Source: Kineococcus radiotolerans SRS30216 = ATCC BAA-149 (GTDB lineage: Bacteria; Actinomycetota; Actinomycetes; Actinomycetales; Kineococcaceae). Taken from it: a stretch of 32,000 nt of DNA. Each line of letters opens with the position of its first letter. Within the stretch, counting starts at the first letter, position 1. Shown here one piece after another: positions 1-8,795 of the stretch. Where the stretch lies: NCBI RefSeq assembly GCF_000017305.1, contig NC_009664.2, positions 360,001 through 392,000 of the forward strand. The letters run 5' to 3'. A program made the position numbers and the translations under genes. A model generated the notes under the pieces. The model was not told the DNA's origin, ran no database searches, and saw only the letters and a program-made list of their open reading frames with translations.

Positions 1-818
1 TGGGGGACCTGCACCCCGGAACCGGCCAGCAGCTGCTCCGCGCCCGCGGGCAGGGCGGGCGAGCCCGCCCCGCCGGTGGCGGCCAGCGACACCTTCCCCG
101 AGATCGGGGCCTTCACCGTCAGGGCGTCCACCGTGGCCCGCGCCGCGGCCACCGCGGCCCGCGTCTGCACCCGCTGGGCCTGCCCCAGCGACTCCACCGC
201 GGAGTCCAGGTTGCCCAGCCCGGAGTTCACCTGGTCCACCAGCGCCTGCGTCTGGGAGGACAGCAGCTGGTACTGCGTGCGCGAGGACTGCACCGCGGCC
301 AGGGCCGCGGCGCGCGCCGCCGGGTCGGCGATGGCCTGGGCCTGCTGCTCGGCCTCGGCGAAGCGCGCCTGCGCGTCCGCCGCCGCCCGCCGCTGCTGGG
401 CCGCCACCTGCGAGGAGCTCCTCGCCGAGGACCCCGAGGAGGCCGAGGAGGCCGCCTCCGCGTCGGCGGCCTCGGCCTGCTCCAGGTTCGCCTCCGCCGA
501 GGGGGAGTCGATCGTCATGAGCACGTCGCCCGCCGCGACCTGCTGCCCGTCGGCCACCAGCAGCGTCGCCACCGTCCCCGCCGCGGGGGCCTTCACGACC
601 GCGGAGGCCCGCGGCTGCACCGTCCCCGGGGCGTCGACGACCTCGGCGACGTCGCCGCGCGCCACGGCCGCCGTGCTCGTCACCGGCTCGTCGTCGGAAC
701 CGCACCCCGCCGCGACCACCAGGACGGTGACCCCCACCGCCGCAGCGGAAGAGGCGCGGAGGAGGGGGGATCGGAGGAGACGCCGGGACGGGCGCGGACT
801 GGTGGAGGCGGCGGGCAC
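1..818 (-). CDS. HlyD-family periplasmic adaptor / membrane-fusion lipoprotein (N-terminal ~272 codons; gene runs off the left edge)
   Basis: Not in the ORF track because it leaves the window. My reverse-strand translation from GTG 818-816 gives PAASTSPRPSRRLLRSPLLRASSAAAVGVTVLVVAAGCGSDDEP (signal peptide plus lipobox AAGC). It continues with a lipoyl-like hairpin VKAPAAGTVATLLVADGQQVAAGDVLMTIDSP, a long Ala/Gln coiled coil and LTVKAPISGKV. The + ORF 76..831 is its antisense shadow. Confidence 0.6.
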   Translation of the reverse strand, partial: MPAASTSPRPSRRLLRSPLLRASSAAAVGVTVLVVAAGCGSDDEPVTSTAAVARGDVAEVVDAPGTVQPRASAVVKAPAAGTVATLLVADGQQVAAGDVLMTIDSPSAEANLEQAEAADAEAASSASSGSSARSSSQVAAQQRRAAADAQARFAEAEQQAQAIADPAARAAALAAVQSSRTQYQLLSSQTQALVDQVNSGLGNLDSAVESLGQAQRVQTRAAVAAARATVDALTVKAPISGKVSLAATGGAGSPALPAGAEQLLAGSGVQVP

Positions 819-824
819 GCGGTC

Positions 825-830
825 ACCCTA
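825..830 (-). promoter_or_regulatory. -10-like hexamer TAGGGT, 6 nt upstream of the HlyD-like GTG (leaderless-type promoter)
   Basis: The minus strand reads TAGGGT-gaccgc-GTG. There is no Shine-Dalgarno sequence between them. Confidence 0.4.
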
Positions 831-919
831 GGCCTTGGCACCCCCGCGCGAGTCCTCCTCAGGGTGAGGTCTTCGCCACCTCCGCATCCCCCCTGGGTCG
901 CACCCCGGCCACCCCCGCC

Positions 920-925
920 TAACCT
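920..925 (+). promoter_or_regulatory. -10-like hexamer TAACCT, 7 nt upstream of GTG 933 (leaderless-type promoter)
   Basis: The sequence reads TAACCT-gcggcgg-GTG. This supports 933 rather than 864 as the NUDIX start. Confidence 0.4.
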
Positions 926-932
926 GCGGCGG

Positions 933-1508
933 GTGAGCAGCCCCGGTGAGGAACTCGTGGACCTCTACGACCCGGCCGACGACGCCGGGCGCGTCACCGG
1001 CCGCGCCCCGCGCCGGGAGGTCCGCGCCCGCAACCTGCCCCACGCCGCCACCGGGGTGCTGCTGCGGGACGGGACGCCGGGCGGGCGCGGGCGCGTCCTC
1101 GTCCACCGCCGCACCACCACCAAGGACCTCAACCCCGGCGCCCACGACTGCCTCGCCGGCGGGGTCGTCGACGCCGGGGAGGACCCCCTCGACGCCGCCC
1201 ACCGGGAGCTGCGCGAGGAGCTCGGGATCGACGCGGAGCTGCGCCCCGTCCTGACCCGCTGGTACCGCGACGACACCGCCCACTACCTGGCCCACGTCTA
1301 CGAGGCCCGCTGGGACGGCCGTCCCCTCACCCTGCAGCCCAGCGAGGTCGCGCGGGCGTGGTGGGAGGACACCGCCACCCTGCGCCGGCGCCTGGAGGAC
1401 CCCGGGTGGCCCTTCGTCCCCGACACCCGGGCGCTGCTGGCGGCCTGGCCCGGCTGGTGGGAGGACCCGCACCCCGACGCCACCGCGGGCCGCACCCCCT
1501 CCGCGTGA
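933..1508 (+). CDS. NUDIX hydrolase
   Basis: Nudix box GGVVDAGEDPLDAAHRELREELGI (G-x5-E-x7-REUxEExGU). The ORF is open from 864. Start 933 (VSSPGEELVDLYD...) is preferred from the TANNNT-N7 geometry. Confidence 0.8.
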   Translation: MSSPGEELVDLYDPADDAGRVTGRAPRREVRARNLPHAATGVLLRDGTPGGRGRVLVHRRTTTKDLNPGAHDCLAGGVVDAGEDPLDAAHRELREELGIDAELRPVLTRWYRDDTAHYLAHVYEARWDGRPLTLQPSEVARAWWEDTATLRRRLEDPGWPFVPDTRALLAAWPGWWEDPHPDATAGRTPSA

Positions 1509-1554
1509 GGGGGTGCGGCCCGCGGCGACGGGACGGGGAGCGCCTCGGGGGCGG

Positions 1555-3237
1555 TTAGAGGTACTGCCCCGTGTTGGCGACCGTGTCGATCGAGCGGCCG
1601 GCCTCGGTGCCCTTCTTGCCCTGCATCAGGGTGCGGATGAAGACGATCCGCTCCCCCTTCTTGCCCGAGATCCGCGCCCAGTCGTCGGGGTTCGTCGTGT
1701 TGGGGAGGTCCTCGTTCTCCTTGAACTCGTCGACGCAGGCGCTCATCAGGTGGTCCACCCGCACGCCCTTCTGGCCCAGGGTGAGCAGGTCCTTGATGGC
1801 CATCTTCTTCGCGCGGTCCACGATGTTCTGGATCATCGCGCCGGAGTTGAAGTCCTTGTAGTACAGGACCTCCTTGTCGCCCCCGGCGTAGGTCACCTCG
1901 AGGAACTCGTTCTCCTCGGTCTCGGTGTACATGCGCTCCACCGTGGCCCGGATCATCGCGTCCACGGTGGCCTGCTTCGTGCCGCCGTTCACCGCGACGT
2001 CCTCCGCGTGCAGCGGCAGGTCCGGGGTGAGGTACTTCGCGAAGATCTGCCCCGCGCTCTCCGCGTCGGGACGCTCGATCTTGATCTTCACGTCCAGGCG
2101 CCCCGGGCGCAGGATCGCGGGGTCGATCATGTCCTCGCGGTTGGAGGCGCCGATGACGATGACGTTCTCCAGCCGCTCCACGCCGTCCAGCTCGCTCAGC
2201 AGCTGCGGCACGATCGTCGTCTCGACGTCGGAGGACACCCCCGACCCGCGGGTGCGGAACAGCGACTCCATCTCGTCGAAGAAGACGACCACCGGCGTGC
2301 CGCCGCTGGCCTTCTCCCGCGCCCGGGCGAAGATCAGCCGGATGTGGCGCTCGGTCTCCCCGACGTACTTGTTCAGCAGCTCCGGGCCCTTGATGTTGAG
2401 GAAGTAGCTCTTGGCCTGGCTCTCCCCCCGCAGCTCCGCCGCCTTCTTGGCCAGCGAGTTCGCGACCGCCTTGGCGATGAGCGTCTTCCCGCACCCGGGC
2501 GGGCCGTAGAGCAGGATGCCCTTGGGGGGACGCAACCCGTGCTCGCGGAACAGGTCCGCGTGCAGGAAGGGCAGCTCCACCGCGTCGCGGATCGCCTCGA
2601 TCTGCGGCCCCAGGCCACCGATGTCCTCGTAGTCGATGTCCGGCACCTCCTCCAGCACCAGCTCCTCGACCTCGGCCTTGGGGATGCGCTCGAAGGCGAA
2701 GCCGGAACGGGTGTCCACCGTCAGGGAGTCCCCGACGCGCAGCGGCCCGTCCAGCAGGGGCCCGGCCAGGCGCACCACGCGCTCCTCGTCGGCGCGCGCG
2801 AGCACCAGCACCCGCCCGTCGGGCAGGACCTCCTTGACCGAGGCCAGCTCGCCGGTGCGCTCGTAGTCGAAGGCGGCGACGACGTTCATGGCCTCGTTGA
2901 CCATCACGTCCTGGCCGGGGCGGAGGGTGGCGAGGTCGATCGCGGGGCTGACCGCGACCCGCATCCGCCGGCCGGCCGAGACGATGTCCGCCGTCCCCTC
3001 CCCGGTGGCCTCCAGGAACGTCGCGAACTGCGCGGGCGGCTGCCCGAGGCGGTCGACCTCCGCCTTCAGCGCGACGATCTGGTCCCGCGCCTCGCGCAGG
3101 GTGGTGGCGAGGCGGTCGTTCTGGGCGCTGACCTGGGCGAGTCGGGTCCGGGCGGCTCCGAGCTGCTCCTCGAGCGCGGTCAGGTGGCGGGCGTCCCGCT
3201 CACCTCCGCCGCCGAAGCGGCGCTGGGGCTCCGTCAT
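1555..3237 (-). CDS. mpa: Proteasome-associated AAA+ ATPase Mpa/ARC
   Basis: N-terminal coiled coil [43 protein letters not shown]. Walker A GPPGCGKT and Walker [11 protein letters not shown]-terminal NTGQYL (GQYL proteasome-docking tail). Start ATG 3237 (MTEPQRRF) has GGGGAGA about 7 nt upstream. The ORF stays open to 3414. Confidence 0.93.
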   Translation of the reverse strand: MTEPQRRFGGGGERDARHLTALEEQLGAARTRLAQVSAQNDRLATTLREARDQIVALKAEVDRLGQPPAQFATFLEATGEGTADIVSAGRRMRVAVSPAIDLATLRPGQDVMVNEAMNVVAAFDYERTGELASVKEVLPDGRVLVLARADEERVVRLAGPLLDGPLRVGDSLTVDTRSGFAFERIPKAEVEELVLEEVPDIDYEDIGGLGPQIEAIRDAVELPFLHADLFREHGLRPPKGILLYGPPGCGKTLIAKAVANSLAKKAAELRGESQAKSYFLNIKGPELLNKYVGETERHIRLIFARAREKASGGTPVVVFFDEMESLFRTRGSGVSSDVETTIVPQLLSELDGVERLENVIVIGASNREDMIDPAILRPGRLDVKIKIERPDAESAGQIFAKYLTPDLPLHAEDVAVNGGTKQATVDAMIRATVERMYTETEENEFLEVTYAGGDKEVLYYKDFNSGAMIQNIVDRAKKMAIKDLLTLGQKGVRVDHLMSACVDEFKENEDLPNTTNPDDWARISGKKGERIVFIRTLMQGKKGTEAGRSIDTVANTGQYL

Positions 3238-3268
3238 GGCGCATCTCCCCTCTGGGTGGATGCGATCG

Positions 3269-3274
3269 ACACTA
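3269..3274 (-). promoter_or_regulatory. -10-like hexamer TAGTGT upstream of mpa (leadered, about 28-nt 5' UTR containing the SD)
   Basis: The minus strand reads gggtTAGTGTcgatcgcatccacccagaGGGGAGAtgcgccATG. Confidence 0.35.
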
Positions 3275-3462
3275 ACCCGCAGCGCGGACATCGCGCGGCG
3301 GATCGGTGTCGGCGCGCCACTCCCCGTGCCGACCGGCACCGGACCGTGACGTCGCGGCGACGCGCCGGGGACCCGGGGCCCGGCGGCCCCGGGAGGAGCG
3401 GCGGTCGGGGACACTCGTGGCCGGAGGACCGCACCGGTGGTCCCGCGAGACGAGGAGACACC

Positions 3463-4764
3463 GTGACGTCAACCCTGCGGGCCCGGGCGGGCGAGCTCGA
3501 CGCGGCCGATCCGCTGGCGGGCTTCCGCGAGGAGTTCCTCCTCGACGCCGCCCCGGGGGTGAGCGCCTACCTGGACGGCAACTCCCTGGGCCGGCCGCTG
3601 AAGCGGACCCTGGAGTCCGTGCAGACCTTCCTGCGCGAGGAGTGGGGCGGGCGCCTCATCCAGGGCTGGACCGAGGGCACCGACGTCACCGCGGGGACCG
3701 ACGTCACCGCGGGCATCGCCGGCACCGGGGGCTGGATGGACTGGCCGACCGACCTGGGCGACCGCATCGGGCGCGCCGCCCTCGGCGCCGCCCCCGGGCA
3801 GACCGTCGTCGCCGACTCCACCACCGTCCTCTTCTACAAGCTGGTCCGCGCCGCCCTCGCCGCCGCCCGCGCGCAGGGCCGCGACGAGGTCGTCTGCGAC
3901 ACCGACAACTTCCCCACCGACCGCTTCGTCCTGGAGGGGATCGCCGCCGAGACCGGGAGCACCCTGCGCTGGGTCGAGACCGACCCCGCCGCCGGGATCA
4001 CCCCCGAGCAGGTCGCCGCCGCGCTCGGCCCGCGCACCGCGCTGGCGACCTTCAGCCACGTCGCCTACCGCTCCGGGCACCTCGCCGACGCCGCCGCGAT
4101 CACCGCCCTCGCCCACGAGGCCGGGGCGCTGGTCCTGTGGGACCTCTCGCACTCGGTGGGCTCGGTGGACCTCGCCCTGGACGCCTGGGGCGTCGACCTC
4201 GCCGTCGGCTGCACCTACAAGTACCTCAACGGCGGTCCCGGGGCACCGGCCTTCGCCTACCTCGCCACCCGCCACCAGGGCGACCACCCGGGGGCGCTGC
4301 GCCAGCCCGTGCAGGGCTGGATGGGCCACGCCGACCCCTTCGCCATGGGCTCCGGCTACCAGCCCGACCCGAGCGTGCGCCAGCTCATCTCCGGCACCCC
4401 GCCCGTCGTCGCCATGGTCCCCGTGCGGGCCGGGGTGGAGCAGCTGGAGCGGGCCGGGATCGGCGCGGTGCGCGCGAAGTCGGTGCAGCTGACCGCCTTC
4501 GCCCTGGAGCTGGCCGACGAGCTGCTCGCCCCGCACGGCGTCACCGTGGCCACCCCCCGCGACCCGGCCCGCCGCGGCGGGCACGTCACGCTGCGCCGCG
4601 AGGACTTCCGCGAGGTGAACGCGGCGCTGTGGAGCCGGGGCGTGGTCCCCGACTTCCGCGCCCCCGACGGCATCCGGATCGGGCTGGCCCCGCTCTCGAC
4701 CAGCTTCACCGAGATCCTGGACGGGATCCTCGCCCTGCAGGAGATCGTGGAGGTCGCCCGGTGA
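3463..4764 (+). CDS. kynU: Kynureninase (PLP-dependent)
   Basis: Motifs [25 protein letters not shown] (PLP-lysine motif), GWMGH, SGTPP and RIGLAPL. GTG 3463 is preceded by GAGGAG (3452-3457). The 5' part of track ORF 1513..4764 is antisense to mpa. Confidence 0.9.
   Translation: MTSTLRARAGELDAADPLAGFREEFLLDAAPGVSAYLDGNSLGRPLKRTLESVQTFLREEWGGRLIQGWTEGTDVTAGTDVTAGIAGTGGWMDWPTDLGDRIGRAALGAAPGQTVVADSTTVLFYKLVRAALAAARAQGRDEVVCDTDNFPTDRFVLEGIAAETGSTLRWVETDPAAGITPEQVAAALGPRTALATFSHVAYRSGHLADAAAITALAHEAGALVLWDLSHSVGSVDLALDAWGVDLAVGCTYKYLNGGPGAPAFAYLATRHQGDHPGALRQPVQGWMGHADPFAMGSGYQPDPSVRQLISGTPPVVAMVPVRAGVEQLERAGIGAVRAKSVQLTAFALELADELLAPHGVTVATPRDPARRGGHVTLRREDFREVNAALWSRGVVPDFRAPDGIRIGLAPLSTSFTEILDGILALQEIVEVAR
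3679..3714 (+). repeat. 18-bp tandem duplication (17/18 identical) inside kynU, encoding [12 protein letters not shown]
   Basis: accgacgtcaccgcgggg followed by accgacgtcaccgcgggc, in frame. Confidence 0.9.
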
Positions 4765-5621
4765 GCGGTACGGCGGAGGAGAACACGCGCGAGGTCGAGG
4801 CGGGCGTCGTCACCGACTTCACCCGCGAGATGTCCTACGGGGAGTACCTGCACCTGGACGAGCTGCTCGCCGCCCAGCACCCCCTCTCCACCCCCGAGCA
4901 CCACGACGAGCTGCTCTTCATCGTCCAGCACCAGACCAGCGAGCTGTGGCTCAAGCTCGTCCTGCACGAGCTGCGCTCGGCCATGCGCGCCATCGCCGCC
5001 GACGACCTCAAGACGGCGCTGAAGAACATCGCCCGGGTCAAGCACATCCAGCGCACCCTCACCGAGCAGTGGTCGGTCCTGGCGACCCTGACTCCCACCG
5101 AGTACGCGCAGTTCCGCGGCTTCCTGGCCAACTCCTCCGGCTTCCAGAGCCAGCAGTACCGCGCCGTGGAGTTCGCCCTGGGCAACAAGAACGCGAAGAT
5201 GCTGGACGTCTTCGCCCACGACGGGCCCGGGCACGCGCAGCTGACGGAGCTGCTGGAGGCCCCCAGCCTCTACGACGAGTTCCTGCGCCACCTGGCCCGG
5301 CGCGGGCACGACGTCCCGGCCGAGCTGCTGGAGCGCGACGTCACCAAGGCCCACGTCCACACCCCCGCCCTCGTCGCCACGTTCCGCGTCATCTACGAGG
5401 ACGCCCAGCGCTACTGGACCGAGTACGAGGCCTGCGAGGAGCTCGTCGACCTGGAGGAGAACTTCCAGCTCTGGCGCTTCCGCCACCTCAAGACCGTCGA
5501 GCGCACCATCGGCTTCAAGCGCGGCACCGGCGGCTCCTCCGGGGTGGGCTTCCTGGCCCGGGCCCTGGACCTCACCTTCTTCCCCGAGCTGTACGCCGTG
5601 CGCACCGAGATCGGCTCGTGA
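4761..5621 (+). CDS. kynA: Tryptophan 2,3-dioxygenase
   Basis: Motifs [40 protein letters not shown] and [25 protein letters not shown] 4761 overlaps the kynU stop (GTGA). Confidence 0.92.
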   Translation: MSGTAEENTREVEAGVVTDFTREMSYGEYLHLDELLAAQHPLSTPEHHDELLFIVQHQTSELWLKLVLHELRSAMRAIAADDLKTALKNIARVKHIQRTLTEQWSVLATLTPTEYAQFRGFLANSSGFQSQQYRAVEFALGNKNAKMLDVFAHDGPGHAQLTELLEAPSLYDEFLRHLARRGHDVPAELLERDVTKAHVHTPALVATFRVIYEDAQRYWTEYEACEELVDLEENFQLWRFRHLKTVERTIGFKRGTGGSSGVGFLARALDLTFFPELYAVRTEIGS

Positions 5622-6760
5622 GGCTCACCGCGGTCGCCGCCCCCGGCGTCCTGACCGGGTCGGTCACCGGGCGCGAGACGTTCGCCGCGGCGCTGGCCGC
5701 CCGCGGCGCCGACGGCGACCTGCTCCTCAGCGCCGACGAGGAGGGCTTCGCCGCGCACCTGCGCTCCGCCGCCGCCGGCGGCGAGTTCCTGCTGATCGCC
5801 GGCGACGACACCCCCGCCGACGACCTCCTCGGCGGTCTCCTGCCCCGGCTGGGGGCCACCGCGGTGCGCCTCGACCTCGACCCCCGCGCCCCGGACCGCT
5901 CCACCTGCCTCCGGCGCCACGTCCGCCACCGCGGCACCGGCGGGCTGCGCTTCGCCGTCGACGACTGGTACTTCCACGCCACCGCCCCCGGCACCCGCCG
6001 CCCCTACGGACCCGACCCCGACCAGCACGGCGAGCTGCGCCTGCCCCCCGGCCCGGGCCCCTTCCCCATCGCCGTCCTCGTCCACGGCGGCTACTGGCGC
6101 TCCCGCTGGGACGCCGACACCACCACCGCCGCGGCCGTGGACCTCACCCGACGCGGCTTCGCCACCTGGAACGTGGAGTACCGCCGCCCGGACCGCCACG
6201 GCTGGGACGCCACCACCGCCGACGTCGACGCCGCCCTCTCGGCGCTCGCCGACCTCGACGCCGACCTGGACGCCGGCCTGGACCTCGACCGCGTGGTGCT
6301 CCTGGGCCACTCCGCCGGGGGGCAGCTGGTGACCCGCCTCGCCGCCGACCGGGCGGGCGGGGGGCCGGCGGGGGCCGCGACCGGCCCCGCGCGGGTCCGG
6401 CCCGCGCTGACGGTGTCGCTGGCCGGGTGCCTGGACCTGCACTCCATCCACGCCCGCGCCCTGAGCGAGGGCGCCGTCGCCGCCGCCCTGGGCGGCACCC
6501 CGCAGGAGCGGCCGGAGGTCTACGCCGCCTCCTCCCCGCTGGCCCGCGTCCCCGTCGGCTCACCGCTGGTCGTGGTCTGCTGCCGCTCCGATGACCCCGA
6601 CCTGCTCGACGCCTCCCGCCGCTTCGCCGCCGCCGCCGTCGCAGCCGGTGACGACGTCACGGTCGTGGAGGAGGAGGGCGACCACTTCTCGGTCATCGAC
6701 CCCGGCAGCCGGGTCTGGGCGGCGGTGACGGCCGCGGTGCGGGCGCGCGTGCAGCGCTGA
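5618..6760 (+). CDS. Alpha/beta-hydrolase-fold arylformamidase (putative kynurenine formamidase) with an N-terminal extension of about 115 aa
   Basis: HGGYW oxyanion motif, GHSAGG nucleophile elbow and a C-terminal GDHF histidine. GTG 5618 overlaps the kynA stop (GTGA). Third-position G+C is very high across the N-terminal extension, so it is coding. Confidence 0.6.
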   Translation: MRLTAVAAPGVLTGSVTGRETFAAALAARGADGDLLLSADEEGFAAHLRSAAAGGEFLLIAGDDTPADDLLGGLLPRLGATAVRLDLDPRAPDRSTCLRRHVRHRGTGGLRFAVDDWYFHATAPGTRRPYGPDPDQHGELRLPPGPGPFPIAVLVHGGYWRSRWDADTTTAAAVDLTRRGFATWNVEYRRPDRHGWDATTADVDAALSALADLDADLDAGLDLDRVVLLGHSAGGQLVTRLAADRAGGGPAGAATGPARVRPALTVSLAGCLDLHSIHARALSEGAVAAALGGTPQERPEVYAASSPLARVPVGSPLVVVCCRSDDPDLLDASRRFAAAAVAAGDDVTVVEEEGDHFSVIDPGSRVWAAVTAAVRARVQR

Positions 6761-6819
6761 CCCCCGCCCCGTACCCTCGTCGCGGCACATCCGGGCGGAC
6801 AGCGGGGAGACAGCGGTCG

Positions 6820-7875
6820 ATGTCGGTCGTCTCGCGGCTGGACGGGTTCCAGCGCCGGCACCCCGTCGTCAGCTACCCGCTGGCCGTGGTCTACAAGTTC
6901 TTCGAGGACCAGGGGCCCTACCTCGCCGCCCTCGTCGCCTACTACGGGCTGCTGAGCCTCGTCCCGCTGCTGCTGCTGCTCTCCACGATCCTCGGGTACG
7001 TCCTGGCCGGGAACCCCGGTGCGCAGCAGGCGGTCCTGGACTCGGCCGTCACCCAGATCCCCGTGCTCGGCCAGGAGGTCGGCGACCCCGGTTCCCTCGG
7101 CGGGGGCGGGGCGGGCCTGGCCATCGGCATCGCCGGTGCGCTCTACGGGTCGCTGGGGGTGGGGCTGGCCGTCCAGAACGCCACCAACATCGCCTGGGGC
7201 GTCCCCCGCAACGAGCGGCCGAACCCGTTCAAGGCGCGGCTGCGCAGCCTGCTGCTCATGGTGACGGCGGGGTTGTTCGTCGTCGGCACCACCGTGCTCA
7301 ACGTCGTCCTGGCCGACGTCTTCGTCGACGACGGCGTCCTGCGCTGGGCGTCGAGGCTCGGCTACACCGTCCTGGCCGCCGTCGGGTTCACCATGGCGTT
7401 CTGGCTGGCCGTGGCGCACCGCCCCCCGATCACCACCGTCCTCCCCGGCGCCCTGACCATGGCCGTGCTGTGGCAGTTCCTGCAGCGGTTCGGGCAGGGC
7501 CTGGTCAACCTCGTCAGCGAGCGCGCCAGCGTCTCCAACCAGGTCTTCACCGCCGTCCTGGGCCTCATCGCCTTCCTGTTCATCACCTCCTGCGTCGTCG
7601 TGCTCTGCGTGGAGGCCGACGTGGTCCGGGTGCGGCGGCTGTACCCGCGGGCGCTGCTGACCCCCTTCACCGACGCCGTGGAACTCACCGAGGGTGACCA
7701 GCGCGCCTACACCCGCATCGCCCAGGCGCAGCGGCACAAGGGTTTCGAGCGGGTGCACGTCGAGTTCGGCGAATCACCGCTGGAGCGCCACCGCGGCCCC
7801 GCCGCCCCGTCCGAGCCGGGCGGCGAGGGCGGAGCAGACCGCGATCTGGAGCGGGTGGTAGAGGATGACCGGTAG
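6820..7875 (+). CDS. YihY/BrkB-family inner-membrane protein
   Basis: N-terminus FQRRHPVVSYPLAVVYKFFEDQGPYLAALVAYYGLLSLVPLLLL, then about 6 hydrophobic spans. GGGGAG lies upstream of ATG 6820. The 3' end overlaps the convergent gene by 102 nt. Confidence 0.8.
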   Translation: MSVVSRLDGFQRRHPVVSYPLAVVYKFFEDQGPYLAALVAYYGLLSLVPLLLLLSTILGYVLAGNPGAQQAVLDSAVTQIPVLGQEVGDPGSLGGGGAGLAIGIAGALYGSLGVGLAVQNATNIAWGVPRNERPNPFKARLRSLLLMVTAGLFVVGTTVLNVVLADVFVDDGVLRWASRLGYTVLAAVGFTMAFWLAVAHRPPITTVLPGALTMAVLWQFLQRFGQGLVNLVSERASVSNQVFTAVLGLIAFLFITSCVVVLCVEADVVRVRRLYPRALLTPFTDAVELTEGDQRAYTRIAQAQRHKGFERVHVEFGESPLERHRGPAAPSEPGGEGGADRDLERVVEDDR

Positions 7876-8772
7876 CGCCACCAGCCCCACCACGTGCGGG
7901 GGGAACAGCACCGACGCCATCGGCAGCCCGGTGGCCAGCGACTTGGTGGACCCGCAGAACACCGTGGTCACCCGGTCGGCGCGGGTGGCCCCCCAGCGCA
8001 CCGGCGCCCACCACGCCGCGGCCAGGACGGCGCTCAGCAGCAGCGCGGCGCAGCCGAGGACCACCGCCACCTCCCCCGCGCCCACCTCGCCCCACACCCC
8101 CTGCCGCACACCGCGGCTGAAGGCCGCGTAGACGACGGCGACGATGACGGCGCGGTCCAGCAGGGTCAGCGGCCGCCGGTGGGCGCGCACCCAGCCGCCG
8201 ATCCACCGGCCGAGCCCCAGGCCCAGGAGGAACGGGACGAGCAGCTGCAGGACGATCCGCCCCACCGCGCCGGCGTCCGGGCCCGCCCCGGAGGACCCCA
8301 GCAGCGCGGCGACCAGGAGCGGGGTGAGCCCGATCCCGGCGAGGTTGGAGGCCGTCGCGGCGACGACCGCACCCGTGACGTTCCCGCGCGCCGTCGCGGT
8401 GAACGCCACGCAGGACTGCACGGTGGAGGGCAGGACGCTGAGGAACAGCAGCCCCGCGACCAGGCCCGCGTCCAGCAGCGGCCCCACCAGCAGGGTCAGA
8501 CCCAGCCCCAGGAGCGGGAACAGCAGGTAGGTCGTGGCCGCCACGGCGCCCTGCAACCGCCAGTCCCGCAGCCCCGCCACCGCCTCGGCCGGCGCCGTGC
8601 GCGCGCCGTAGAGCAGGAACAGCACCCCCACCCCGACGGTGGTGCCCCCGGAGAACGCGGTGGCGAGCGCACCCCCGGCCGGCAGCAGCGCGGCGACCGC
8701 GACGGCGCCGAGGACGGCGAGGACGAAGGGTTCGACCCGACGCAGGAGAGGGACCTCGGACCAGCGCCGCAC
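7774..8772 (-). CDS. Bile acid:Na+ symporter (BASS / SBF-like) family transporter
   Basis: Polytopic membrane protein. Signature-like LPSTVQSCVAFTATARGNVTGAVVAATASNLAGIGLTPLL. Confidence 0.7.
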   Translation of the reverse strand: MRRWSEVPLLRRVEPFVLAVLGAVAVAALLPAGGALATAFSGGTTVGVGVLFLLYGARTAPAEAVAGLRDWRLQGAVAATTYLLFPLLGLGLTLLVGPLLDAGLVAGLLFLSVLPSTVQSCVAFTATARGNVTGAVVAATASNLAGIGLTPLLVAALLGSSGAGPDAGAVGRIVLQLLVPFLLGLGLGRWIGGWVRAHRRPLTLLDRAVIVAVVYAAFSRGVRQGVWGEVGAGEVAVVLGCAALLLSAVLAAAWWAPVRWGATRADRVTTVFCGSTKSLATGLPMASVLFPPHVVGLVALPVILYHPLQIAVCSALAARLGRGGGAAVALQR

Positions 8773-8773
8773 G

Positions 8774-8793
8774 CCGCGACTGTAGCGTCGCGG
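8774..8793. promoter_or_regulatory. Bidirectional promoter/operator module: inverted repeat CCGCGAC-tgtagc-GTCGCGG enclosing two overlapping -10 boxes
   Basis: Plus strand: TAGCGT (8783-8788)-N7-ATG 8796. Minus strand: TACAGT (8784-8779)-N6-GTG 8772. The two hexamers share the TA at 8783-8784. The whole intergenic region is 23 bp. Confidence 0.45.
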
Positions 8794-8795
8794 CC

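Noticed and set aside
76-831. 251-aa plus-strand ORF (Ala/Ser/Thr-rich)
   Set aside because: It is the antisense shadow of the minus-strand HlyD-family gene. That gene's translation shows a lipoprotein signal peptide, a lipoyl-like hairpin and a coiled coil. The plus-strand product has no recognisable motif and a low-complexity composition.
1495-1513. Possible terminator hairpin (ccccc-9 nt-ggggg) between the NUDIX and mpa stops
   Set aside because: It has only a 5-bp stem with a 9-nt loop that overlaps the NUDIX stop codon. This is well within chance expectation.
1-1554. Apparent absence of dop-pup-prcB-prcA downstream of mpa
   Set aside because: Only about 1.5 kb lies downstream of mpa inside the window. 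In other actinobacteria unrelated genes can separate mpa from dop, so nothing can be concluded from this window.
3238-3414. 59-codon N-terminal extension of mpa (ORF start 3414)
   Set aside because: The extension is Pro/Arg/Gly-rich and non-conserved-looking. ATG 3237 has a good SD and a TAGTGT -10 box further upstream, and it begins the expected coiled-coil region.
1513-3462. 5' two-thirds of the 1083-aa plus ORF (1513..4764)
   Set aside because: This part is antisense to mpa and has an Arg/Gly/Leu/Val-rich nonsense composition. The ORF is open only because stop codons are rare at this G+C. The real gene (kynU) begins at GTG 3463 behind an SD. The same logic applies to 3306..4760 (upstream of kynA) and 4946..5617 (upstream of the formamidase).
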